DNA of 64,000 bases from Bilabrum cf. latius (taxonomy: Eukaryota). Location of the stretch: positions 434,001 to 498,000 of the forward strand of contig OZ237751.1 in assembly GCA_965178125.1 (NCBI GenBank), written 5' to 3'. The notes beneath the pieces were generated by a model that saw only the letters and a list, made by a program, of their open reading frames with translations, was not told the origin of the DNA and ran no database searches. The translations under genes were made by a program, and so were the position numbers. This document shows positions 1 through 10,669 of the stretch, one piece after another (position 1 is the stretch's first letter; every line of letters begins with the position of its first letter).

Positions 1-650
1 ATGGCAACCTTCAGCTGCTCCTCGCGAGGCACGTCTCGGTGGGCGGGGACATGGACGAACTACGAGGTCGAGCACTTGCTCGAGGAGGTCAAGTGCAGGG
101 AGCTGTACAGCATGTAGTTGCATATGAACATGCCCGCATCATCGGTGCACTCGATTTTCTCGCGAGAGCTGCCGGCGCGCTCGTCTGCTCGCACGCAAGC
201 TGCCGCAAGCTTAGCGTCAACCTTTACTTGGAGAGTGTCCGGGGCGCTTGGCACCACTGGAACAGGAAACATTTGCGATTCGCCAGACTCGTCTGAAAAC
301 ATCCACTATGCACAATTTCTGCCAGTGCATTCGAGCCTAAAGTTGGGGTAGCCGTCATACACACCAAAATGGACGAGAACGGCGCGGTCGTGGGATTGCC
401 ACTGCGCCTTTAGCTGCTTCGCAACCGACACAAGCCCCTCCTTCACGCCACCCCTGCTAACATGAAGCACTTCTGCAGACGCCAGGTGCACGTACTCTGG
501 CAGAGAGCCACTGTCTTTTGCAAATAGGGCTTGGATGTCTTCAATCAATGCTGTAGTTGGGTTATTCTCGACACCATGAAACTTTCCGAACCCTGTAAGA
601 CACAGCAGGACGCGACCTTTCTCAGTCTATCGTTCAGCTACACCAGCCAT
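1..650 (-). CDS. Pyroglutamyl-peptidase I (peptidase C15); 3' end lies outside the window
   Basis: One frame from ATG 650: MAGVAER*TEKGRVLLCLTGFGKFHGVENNPT...VHFGV...FRLE...DDAGMFICNYMLY...TS*FVHVP. It has the C15 motifs (TGFGxF, catalytic E, C and H). In-frame TAGs at 627, 306 and 60 are read as Q. Confidence 0.9.
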
Positions 651-782
651 GCTGCGGTGCCTTTGCTGCGAGAATGAAAGATGTGCAAATACATTGAACC
701 ACCACTCATCACTGGTTGGCACTGCAACTGCCCAGGTGGGCAGCCCACCACAGCAAGACAGCACCACTGCTCCCATTGCAAC

Positions 783-3700
783 ATGCAGCAGTCGATATTT
801 ACAAACGATTTGAGCGAGGAGGACGCCGTAAAGCTCGTGCGGGAGGGAGCTAGCATCGCCTGCGTGGATGTGCCTCCGGGGACTTCGTTCGGGATCGACT
901 TGGCCAGCTTTTAGACAGGCACTGGATTCATGGGATTCAAGATGGTCCCACCAGGCGCACATTTCTTGTATTTTTCGTCCAAGAAGAAGGGGAATGGCTC
1001 CGCATTGGCCGAAGGAGACTCAATCGGCGGCTCCACGACGAGCCGGCAGGGCCTGTTCGTGTGGGCTCATCCGCGAGGTTCTCGCGCATTCCGCTGGTCC
1101 GCCCCCGAGGAAGATATTGATGATGAATCCTTGTTGCCTGGTGACCTCGCGTAGCGATGGAAGGCGTCTGCCCGTGCAGGCGCTCTGGATGGCCAGCTGG
1201 GTGCGTACCCCCTGCGGCTGCTCAAGCGCTGGCGCAACCTGACCGGCCACATATCTGATGACCTGCTGCATCGATTAGGCTCTTAGCCTGATAGAGAAGC
1301 GTGGCTGTCCCAGCGTCGAGCCAGGGACAGCGCCAGGTCCTCGAGAGCAGCCTATTTGAGCGAGCAGAGGGACCGGAAGCAATTGCGCGCCAGGCTCGCA
1401 CAAGCCGCGGCCCCAGAGCCGGCCGCGAAAGAAACTGCCGCGCAGGCCAGCATGCAAGACGATAGCGGTGAAGACTAGAAAGCAGCATTGCAGGCTCCCA
1501 GCGCGGCAGGAGGAGCAGCAATGGACCCCGAAGGGACAGGCGCCTCTGCTGCAAGCGCGCGGGCCCAAGACGACCGAGCCAGGGCCGCCATCGAGTCCAA
1601 GTACGGGACAGCCAGCCTGCCGCCCAACCATCTTCAAGGGGCGGACCCATCGCACTCGTCACATGCCCATGGAGCTGCAACCCCTGGCCGCGCGACGATG
1701 TCTCGCCCGTCCCCCGTTTCCAAGACGAGCAGTCCCATGGCGGATCTGCTATTCCCTGAGCTCGCCGAAGGTTCGCCAAAGGTTCCTCTTAACGCTGCGC
1801 ACAGGGGTTTTATGGCTGCGGGTGAAACAGAGACGAGGCACGTGGTGGGTCCGAGTCCGAGCCAGTCCCCGTTGCGCGGCGGTGTGGCTGATGCTGCGTG
1901 CACTGCAGGGTCTAGCGCGGCAGCGGTTGGCAGCAGTTCTGCAGCGCACGTAGGGTCCGCCAGGGGAGGGTCACCGGTGCCTTCATATTCGGTTTCTGCT
2001 GGAGCACCTTCCATGCCGCCGTCCGTAGCCATGGAAGCTGACGAGGCTGAGGACGGCCCGAGGGTGACGACCTCCCACGCAAGGGAGACAACCGGCGCGG
2101 AACTTGGACCGCTTGCTGGCAGCACTGGGGCTGCAAGAGATTCACGAGGCGCTGCCGGCCCCTTCATATCTCTAGAGGCATTCTTGGAACAGAAGAAGCA
2201 GGGTCCGCCGAAGCCAGCTGGCAGCGCGGCATCCAGCGGAGCAAGGGGGACACAGACGCCGCCAGCGACCGATTCCGACGCGACTGAGTCGCCAATCAGG
2301 ATAGGTCGCTCCGATGACGACCCCATGACCCGCCCAAACATGTACAGTGCCGACCCACCCGCGACACCAGAGGAGGCCGTCGCCAGGCAGCGGCTGAGGG
2401 AGCAGGCAAGGGACATCGATAGGAGAGACGACGTGGTCGCTGGGAGGGGTCCTCTAGTGTGCCTGGCCGCGTGCGGAGGCTCTGCTCTGCGGCTGATGCC
2501 CCTGCGGGGTATCGGCAGGGGTTCAATCCCTGAACATGTGACTGCGTGGGGGGTGGATCCGTCCGGCACGCTCCGGCACTGGATCCGGCAGCACGCGGAG
2601 TCTGCCGCCGGCGATTCGCTTGGCAGACAAACGCGCTCTGGACGATCATCATCCTCTTCTGCGGCGTCATGCATGGCAGATTCCGTTGGCACAGGTTTCG
2701 ATGCGTCTTCTGGCTAGTCGCCTGGCTAGCCCAGCCTGCCATCTGCAGCTCTGCGTGCGGGTGCCATCGGAGCGATTGGCGAGCTGCAGATTTCTTTCGT
2801 GTGCGCGCTCCTAGAGCACAGCAGGCAGGCCTTTCTTCATTGGCAGCGGCTGGTTGACGTTCTCCTTCGGTGCGACGAGGCCATTTGCGCTGCTGGAGGG
2901 ACTGGGGCCGCAGATGCTTCTGTTGGTGCGTCTGGCACGGTGTCGGCGGGTGCAGGCAACCCATCCATTCGGATGCATGCAGCAGCGGCAAGCACTCCAC
3001 CTGCCCATCTCTGCACGACAAGCGGGCAGCCGACGGAGCGCTGGTTCCTGCTCGCCTGGAAGGCGCTCGCCGAGCAGCTGCTCGAGCTGCCGGAGGAAGT
3101 CGTGCTCGGTCCGTTCGCGGGTAGGCTGCAGGGGCAGGACAGGATCAAGGATGGCAAAGCCGAAACTGGCAACTCAAGCAAGGCGTCCAGCACGGAGAAA
3201 GCTATGAAGAAATAGCACGGTAAGTTGGAATGTGCCGCAAGCAGTGGAGCCGGTGGGCAAGCCGCCATGGGCTCTGAGTCTGACGGGGAGTATGACGTGG
3301 AGGGGGACAAGGACCAGGCCGGCCTGGTCGATTCCGGGGATGAGGAGGAGTCTGGCGACGACGACGACATTGAAATGGAGGCACACGAAGGCAAACATGC
3401 TGTGGAAGAGGATGATTCCGACCATGCCATTGACCGGGATGCATTGAGGTCCTGGAGGGCTTCGCACTTCCTGCTGCGGCCTCTCGGGGCACTCTCGCGG
3501 TCCATCCGCGTCAATGAACGGCACGACGGGTCTCACGGAGGATCAGGCGCCGCTGCATGCGCATCACCCAGGCTGCAGCGAGCAGGCAAGGCGCTCATTG
3601 ACCTTGTGGCTCGCAAGTTTGGCCCCCTGGCCCAGGTGCAGGTACAGCAATCGGCACTCGGCGCACAGGCTTCCTCGCGCATGGACGGAGGCAAGGCGGG

Positions 3701-3836
3701 CATAGGCGAGCTTGGAAACAGGCTAGGAGATGGACAGGCTATGCACCCCACTGCTGATAGTGAGGACGAGGACGAGGCGCCTGTCGTTGTGGAAGTGAAC
3801 GAGAGCGGACAGCTGCTGTCTCACAAGATGTTCTGA
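783..3836 (+). CDS. AAR2: AAR2 (U5 snRNP assembly factor), about 1017 aa with long low-complexity insertions
   Basis: The ORF fragments starting at 681, 930, 1488, 2799 and 3225 share one frame and are separated only by TAGs (7). Motifs: FGIDLASF*TGTGFMGFKMVPPGAHF, LGAYP...RWRNLTGHIS, IGELQISFVC...AFLHWQRLVDVL, and C-terminal EDEDEAPVVVE. Ends at TGA. The start at 783 is inferred. Confidence 0.88.
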
Positions 3837-3924
3837 TACCAAGTGCTCGGGCTGCTCCAATCGAGTGGATATTTACAAATTAACATATTAACAGTGCCAC
3901 TTTCACGAGCACACGTGCTCGCTC

Positions 3925-5565
3925 TCAGTTGTCGTACCCGAGCGTGGCGTGCCTCGACTTGAGCAGCACAGCGCGGAGCAGGTCATCATCGTCTGCCTCG
4001 TCCTCCTCATCCTCCTCCTCGTCTTCGTCCTCATCGTGCTCATCGCCAGCACCAACCAGCACGCCACTCTCACCACCAGGCACACGTGCCTTGCTAGCAC
4101 TCGCTCCCTTGCCCGTCCCCCCAGCGGCCGGGTCATCATCGAGCAGCCCGCCAAGGTCATCCTCCTCAACCTACGGGCGAGCCTCTCGTCTGCTATGAGG
4201 CCCGCTGCCGCTGGAGCCGCCCTTCTTGCCGCCGGTCGTGAGGCCAAGCAGAGCCGATAGATCATCATCGTCCTCTTCCTCAACGACCCGGCGCTCGTTC
4301 ACCTGCGCCGCGCCGGCTGACGGTGCTGTTGCAGACGCCGACGCTGACGCTGACGCAGACGAGGACGAAGACTAGGACGAGGAGGAACGTTTCCCTGCGC
4401 TCCCCCCTTCAGCTGCCCCTCCGGCGCCCTCCTCCTCATCCTCGGACCCATCATCATCCGAGGAGGTGTCCCCCCCTGTTCCCTGGGCCTTCCTCCTGGC
4501 CTTCTCCTGCTGCAGGAAGCCCTTGACGTCCTCGCCCCAACCCTACTGCTTGCCCTCATTGATTCCGATGGCGAGGCTCAGCGCGGCTTGCAGCAGCGCG
4601 GGCCTTCGCTCTTGTTCCATCATGTACCTCTTCTTGATCTGCCTCCTGTTCCGGTGCGGCAGCAGCACGTTGATCATGGTCAGGTCGCTGCCGAACCGCC
4701 TCACGCCCTCATAGAACTTCTTGAGCTCGGGCTCCGTCCAACGCTTCTGGCCCTGGCTCTTGTTCCCCCGGCGGAAGCTCGCGCTGGTGCTCCGAATCTG
4801 CCCGTCCAGCTCATCTTCCTCCACCACCATGCGCTCGCCGCCCGCCTGCTCGTCCGCCGCGCCCGTCTGCAAGAGTCCAAGCCCGGAGCCGCGCTGCAGC
4901 ACCTCTGCGTCGGAGAGGAGAGTGAGCTAGCCGCCATCAAAAGAAAGGCTGGCGCTCAGAAGTGGCCCTGTCCGCTGTTGCTGGGCTGCTGTGTCATCCG
5001 CTGCGTCGGCGTCGGAGCCGCTGTCCTCGCCGGCCTCCCTCCGTCTCTTGCGCTCCTCCCTCTTTTTCTTGCGCTCTTCCCTCTCCCGCTATCGCATTGC
5101 TTCGTGGCGTTTCATGCCTTCTGTCAGCTCCCCGCTAGTTTCGTCCCAAAGCAAGTCGCGAATGCGGCGGACGGAGCCTTCCGCCATTCCTGTGACGCTG
5201 CTCGCCCCTGTCACGGAGCGGCGCCCGCCCCGTCCAGGGCCACCAAGGAGGGATCGATCAAACGTTGTCACAGAAGCACCACCTGATAGGACACTCGCGT
5301 CGTCGGCTCCTGCACGGCTCGCCTGTGCGCGAGACGACGGACGTCGCCTGTTCGGTGCGACAATTTGCATCCGGCGCGACCTTCCTCGACCACCCCCTGT
5401 CGGATGCAGCCTGTTTCGGCCTCGTACGGCGGCGCTGCCACGGAGCTGCGCGCTGGTGGCAGCGTTGCCACGCCTGTCTTCGTGCGAGGCCACGCGAGGA
5501 AACTTGTTCTGAACTCGAGAACCGCCATCCTACACTTCCGACCGCGCTCGTTTCTTGCCATGCAT
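3925..5565 (-). CDS. BDP1: TFIIIB subunit Bdp1 (B'')-like SANT/Myb protein, about 546 aa
   Basis: One frame from ATG 5565 to TGA 3925 with 6 TAGs. The SANT domain RWTEPELKKFYEGVRRFGSDLTMINVLLPHRNRRQIKKRYMMEQERRP is preceded by STSASF, as in Bdp1. Acidic C-terminal tail. Confidence 0.82.
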
Positions 5566-5711
5566 CGACAAAAAGTATTATAGTTTACTTTCTCAACAGT
5601 GTTGTATCCGTCAAATGCCCTTTTGTGAGGATCTCTCGTCATTTACCAAACGGCCGAGGAGGCGACAACTTCCGGTCTCGTCGCTCCGGCGCGCCGCACC
5701 CAGCCCCGTCA

Positions 5712-7206
5712 TCAGTACAGGTCGTAGAAGAAGTCGAGACCCTGACCGACCTCCCACATTGCAACCCCGACTCCCAATTCCTGCGCCAGCTGGTGCCTCT
5801 TTCGAATGCTGTAGAGCGTAGGGTACCACACCTGGTGCCGCTGCCGCGACGCTGCGTCCATGTACTCAAAGTAGTGCTCCTCGGCGTCATTGTCCAGCAC
5901 AATCCTTGGCTTGTGCTCTCGCAGCAGTTCCAGGTACTTGCTGCCTGTGATGGGCTGCCCGTTGTCGGTGCCGTACATGTTCAAACCGAGCAGGAGCTTG
6001 CGAGCAAGTGCTCGCCGCCCACTGCTCGCACCGCCAGTGCCGCGCGCCAGGCTACCGTCCGCCGACACCTACACCGCACCGTCCTCGTCCTCATCCTCCA
6101 GCCCGTCGCTGTCCCCTGCGGGCCCTAGCAAGGCTTCCACGCTCTCCTCCATCCAAGCGAGCGGGGCGTTGGGACCGACCACGCCCTTCCCCGATGAGTA
6201 GTCGTAGGTCATGAGGCTGAACCTGTCTGCTATCTTGGCTGCCTCTTTGAGGCCCTCGTGGTTGAGGCCCTGCAGCACCTGCCCGCTCTCGTCCTTGACC
6301 GTGGGGGGCAGAACCAGCACGAGCTCCAGCGGGGCGAGGCCCTTCCTCGTCCTCGTGGTCTCGGTTGCAACCTCGAGGGCCTGCTTGAGTGTGACGAGCC
6401 ACAGCAGCATGGGCCTGGACACGGGGGCCTCGAGGACGAGCCCGTCGAGGCTGTTGCTCACGATGACGTCAACGATGAGTGTCACGGCCCTTGCTTGCTC
6501 TGTCTCGCTGAGGGCACGGGCCTCCCAGACGAACCGGGGAACAACCTTTGGGCACTTGCTCGGGGGAGTGCCTGCACGTCGGCTGCCCGCTCGGGATGTG
6601 CTCGCGCACGGAGCGCGCACCGCCTTGATCCAGCCGCGATCGATGTCGTGCAGGCCAGTGATTGTCGCAAGGCCCTGCTCCGATTCGCGGATCTGAAACC
6701 ACACGGGAGCTATGTAGTCGAAGCGTTCGGCAAGAGCCTTCGCAACGTCATAACCGTGAGAATTCCTGCGAGTTGTGCCAGGTGTTGCGATAGAGTGCTG
6801 ACTGGTGGATCCATCAGAATGGCGGCAAGAACGCGTGCAGACCAGCTGTGGCCCCCACACGCGACACACAACAAACCCTCTCGCTTCGCAAGCAGTAGCA
6901 CTGCAGGCCATCGGCTCTCTCTTACCACGGCGTGACGTATGCAAGGGATTCTCCAGCAAACGAAAACTTAATGCTTCTCTTCGTAGTGACGTGGAAATGT
7001 TCAAGAGAAATCTGCCTCCAAGACTAGTGTCGCTTCACAGCGAACCGACCAGCGTTTGACTTTACCGGCGTAAGCGGTCTTTGATCGTCAGAATCGATGG
7101 CGTCGGATGCAGCAGCTGCTCGTCTCCGCTACCGCCTTCGAGAGGTGCATGGCTGCGGAAGCAAAACAGCCGCAGCCACAAGCACTAATGTACCCTTTGC
7201 AATCAT
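5712..7206 (-). CDS. CHID1: Chitinase domain-containing protein 1 (CHID1/SI-CLP)-like GH18 protein, about 444 aa, with signal peptide and one intron (6766-6925)
   Basis: Splicing out 6925-6766 rebuilds LAYVTPW|NSHGYDVAK. Other motifs: IAPVWFQ, LDGLVLE, FSLMTYDYS, GPNAPL, KLLLGLNMYG, EHYFEY, VWYPTLYSI, AMWEVGQGLDFFYDL. Hydrophobic N-terminus, 3 TAGs, ends TGA TGA. Confidence 0.92.
6766..6925 (-). other. Spliceosomal intron (160 nt) in CHID1
   Basis: GTAAG...CTCGCAG. Removing it restores the conserved YVTPWN motif. Confidence 0.92.
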
Positions 7207-7342
7207 AGATTGTCCAGTCGATTTGCCAATGGCTGTGTATTGTTGAATTTAGTCTCCAAGCTCAAAGTCTGATTTTCCTGCCAGTGCGGAAACTACTCGC
7301 TACCTCAACCGGACGTGAACGGCAACATGACAAATAAATAGC

Positions 7343-8887
7343 ATGGCTGAAGATGCCAAGATGCTCGAGGACATGTATTTGGAAGCTTGTAAATCAGAGT
7401 CACTTCCAGCACCGCGACCCGAAGTGATTTCGGCTGCTCGCGGGCGAAGAGCAGGGTCTGCCAGTGGAGGCGACCTTGCAAGTATCCCGGCACTTTCACT
7501 AAATGGGTCGCACCACTCAAGGTTTCGCAACAGAATCAATGATGGGGACATTAGCGCTATAATTTCTACGATTCTCCCACGAGATGATGCGGTTGTCGCG
7601 ATTCTCTTGGGAGCTGATTTCAGCTGCAACCGTATTTCCGATGTCGGGGGGCTCAAGCTGGCGACTGCCGTAGCATCAGGAGCACTACGATCGCACCTGC
7701 ATCTCCGTGCCAACGATATTACCCACAAGTCGGTGGAAGCACTGGCAGACGCGCTGACATCTCCATCCTGCGACCTGCGGTCGCTAGACCTGTCTGGCTG
7801 CAACGTCGGGAAAGAGGGCGCAGTGGCGCTCGCGAATGCGATACGGAAGGGAACACCCCTGGAATCACTGCTCCTCAACGGCGCCGAGCTCGAGACGACG
7901 GGCCTAATCGATCTCCTCTCCTCCATACGAGACCTGTCGGTTGAGGCGGCCGGTGCCTCGATGGCTGGAGAGGACCTCCCCTCCGTCTCGAGCGTGCCTT
8001 CTTCCTCCTCCTCCCCCTCCGAGCCAGCAGCCGCAGCCGAGGAAGCCGCGTCCTCGGAGCTTCCCGCATCATCGGGGCACGCGACCTCGGGCTCGGGCAC
8101 TGGCACTGGCACTGGCTCGGGCACTGGCAGGGCAGGGGGGGGCGCACTTCGCCTGCGCCGGCTGGAGCTGGACAACCCCCGGCTGTTCGCGACCACCGAG
8201 GACACGACGTACCACTGTGCCAGGGCCGTGTCCCGCAACAGCTCACTGCAGTGCCTGAGCCTCGAGAAGCAGCCGCACGCCTCCAGCACAGGGGCGGAGG
8301 TGCTCGCCGCTGCGCTGGAGGAGCACCCGGGGCTGCGGGAGCTTCGGCTGGGCTGCAACCGGCTGGGGCCCGATGGTGTTGGCGCCCTGGCCCGGCTGTC
8401 CGTGGCCAACCCGCTCATCCGGAGCTATAAACTGGACTGCACCCACGGGTGCGATCAGGGGGCGGCGGCCTGGGCTGACGTGCTGGTGGCCGGGTCCGGC
8501 GCGGAGCGGCTGGACCTGCGGTCGTGCGGGATGCGAGACGGAGGCGTGTGCGGGATCTTGGAGTCGATCGCGCGCGCGGCCACGGAGGAGACGGTGGCGC
8601 GGGGGTGGCGGCTGCGGCGCGTGCTGCTATGGGGGAACGAATTCGGCCCTCGGTCGTGCAAGATGGCGGTGAGTCTTTTCGAGGCGGGTGCTCTGGTCCC
8701 AGTGGGGGACGCTGGCAGTGGCGGGGCTGGGGCTGGGGCTCGGGTGTCGGGCGCGGGAGGGGCGGACGGGAAGGGGCCTGTGGGTGGCTCGTCCATGGGA
8801 AATGGCGGGGGCGCGCTGGTGCGCGTGGAGGTGGATGTGCGTCCATTCGTGGCGGACGATCGGGCGCAAGTGGCGCATTGCGCGTGA
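7343..8887 (+). CDS. LRRC34: Leucine-rich repeat protein (RNI-like), LRRC34-like, 514 aa
   Basis: Uninterrupted ORF with RNI-type LRRs (LRSLDLSGCNVGKEGA, LRELRLGCNRLGPDG). The C-terminal LLWGNEF...DVRPFVADDRAQVA resembles LRRC34. No TAG; ends TGA TGA. Confidence 0.8.
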   Translation: MAEDAKMLEDMYLEACKSESLPAPRPEVISAARGRRAGSASGGDLASIPALSLNGSHHSRFRNRINDGDISAIISTILPRDDAVVAILLGADFSCNRISDVGGLKLATAVASGALRSHLHLRANDITHKSVEALADALTSPSCDLRSLDLSGCNVGKEGAVALANAIRKGTPLESLLLNGAELETTGLIDLLSSIRDLSVEAAGASMAGEDLPSVSSVPSSSSSPSEPAAAAEEAASSELPASSGHATSGSGTGTGTGSGTGRAGGGALRLRRLELDNPRLFATTEDTTYHCARAVSRNSSLQCLSLEKQPHASSTGAEVLAAALEEHPGLRELRLGCNRLGPDGVGALARLSVANPLIRSYKLDCTHGCDQGAAAWADVLVAGSGAERLDLRSCGMRDGGVCGILESIARAATEETVARGWRLRRVLLWGNEFGPRSCKMAVSLFEAGALVPVGDAGSGGAGAGARVSGAGGADGKGPVGGSSMGNGGGALVRVEVDVRPFVADDRAQVAHCA

Positions 8888-9139
8888 TGACGACGACCTC
8901 AACAGCGGCGAGGATCTGGTGATTGCTATGCAACAGCACAATCGTACCGATACTACGTGCATATTAAACTTCGAATTGTCCAAACAGCGGCAAGTGTAAT
9001 TGCTTGATTGGCGGCGTAGCCAGTTCGGCTCGTGCAAGTCCGGTGTCCGATCCGTCCACAGAGTCTTCTGGTGGTCTCAAATCCCTCCCAGAACTAGCAA
9101 AATCCATTCTGGTAGAGTCACACAAGTGCTGGTCCACTG

Positions 9140-10336
9140 ATGGAGAGGCAGTCAGTTGGTATTCCTGTTGAGGTGATTGACCTGGTTAGCGACAGCTCTA
9201 CTGGCAGTGGGAGCGATTCAGACGAGCTTTCATGTCCCTCTCAAGCCGATAGTAGCTTTATTTATACTGAGACGGGCTCCTCTGCTAGGCTTGAGCGATT
9301 TCCCCGCAGCCTGAGGAGATCCTAGCGATCAGTTGTGGCTGCCGCCAGTGGGAGGTCCCACGGACGGCAGCCAGTGCTAGCAGCAGAAAGGGGGGCTGCA
9401 TATGCCCCTGAGCAATAGAAATACATGAGCACACGCGGGGCGGGTAGTGCGAGTCTCGGACAGAAGCGGTCTCGCGCAGAGTAGGATACTGTTGAGGTGG
9501 AATCGGCTGCAATAAGCAGTTCGTGGGCATCCGATGGAAAAGGAAAGTGCGGGCGGACATCCACCTCAAGTCAACAAAGGAATCATTATAGTAAGGCAAG
9601 ACGGGGTGTAGACCTAATGCAGAACGGATCCGCTGAGCAGTCTGGGGAGCGCAAGCACGAGTGCTCCGTGTGCGGCAAGGCGTTTGGGGAGGCGGGCAGT
9701 CTCAGGACGCATATGAGGACCGTGCATCTGGGCGAGCGCAAGCACGAGTGCTCCGTGTGCGGCAAGGCGTTTGGGGAGGCGGGCAGTCTCAGGACGCATA
9801 TGAGGACCGTGCATCTGGGCGAGCGCAAGCACGAGTGCTCCGTGTGCGGCAAGGCGTTTGGGGAGGCGGGCCATCTCAGGACGCATATGAGGACCGTGCA
9901 TCTGGGCGAGCGCAAGCACGAGTGCTCCGTGTGCGGCAAGGCGTTTGGGGAGGCGGGCAGTCTCAGGACGCATATGAAGACCGTGCATCTGGGCGAGCGC
10001 AAGCACGAGTGCTCCGTGTGCGGCAAGGCGTTTGGGGAGGCGGGCAGTCTCAGGACGCATATGAGGACCGTGCATCTGGGCGAGCGCAAGCACGAGTGCT
10101 CCGTGTGCGGCAAGGCGTTTGGGGAGGCGGGCAGTCTCAGGAGGCATATGAGGACCGTGCATCTGGGCGAGCGCAAGCACGAGTGCTCCGTGTGCGGCAG
10201 GGCATTCAGACACGCAACCCACATAAAGAACCAAATGGGAATGGTGCTGTCAATCGTGCCTTTTTGGAGACACCGTCCTAGAAGAGCTGCCTGTGGTTCA
10301 TGCTTCTTACCAGGTGCCGGCCAATGTGTCACTTAA
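9140..10336 (+). CDS. C2H2 zinc-finger protein with 6 complete near-identical fingers and 1 degenerate finger, about 398 aa
   Basis: ORFs 9140 and 9497 share a frame and are joined through 3 TAGs. Repeat unit ERKHECSVCGKAFGEAGSLRTHMRTVHLG; N-terminal EVIDL (SIM-like). Ends TAA. Confidence 0.85.
9647..10207 (+). repeat. Coding 87-bp tandem minisatellite (zinc-finger units)
   Basis: Units start at 9647, 9734, 9821, 9908, 9995, 10082 and 10169 (the last is partial). They are nearly identical at the nucleotide level. Confidence 0.97.
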
Positions 10337-10669
10337 AGCGGGCGCGCGCGGGCTGAGCCCAGCTCCTCACTTCTCGTGAGGAATACTTTATGCCGGCTCA
10401 ACGCAAATAATTTTCGATGGCATAGCCTTAAATGTTCAAATAGTTTCACATTGTCGCGGTTGGGTGCGTGTCTAGCCACCAGTGCGGCTAACCTTGGGAT
10501 CCGCGCTCTCGCTGTTCAAAATGTTTGGGTCCCTTCCTGGCGCTGCTCAACTTCTTTCCGTACACGTGGTCTCTACTCCATGGACCTCATTCATTGTCGG
10601 ATCTGCATAGTAATTAGTTCTCTCTTTCACCGCAAACTGCATCGAAATTATCGTTCCTACTGACGAACC

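Noticed and set aside
9647-10207. CRISPR-like array
   Set aside because: The units are contiguous 87-bp coding repeats with no unique spacers and no cas genes; the context is eukaryotic.
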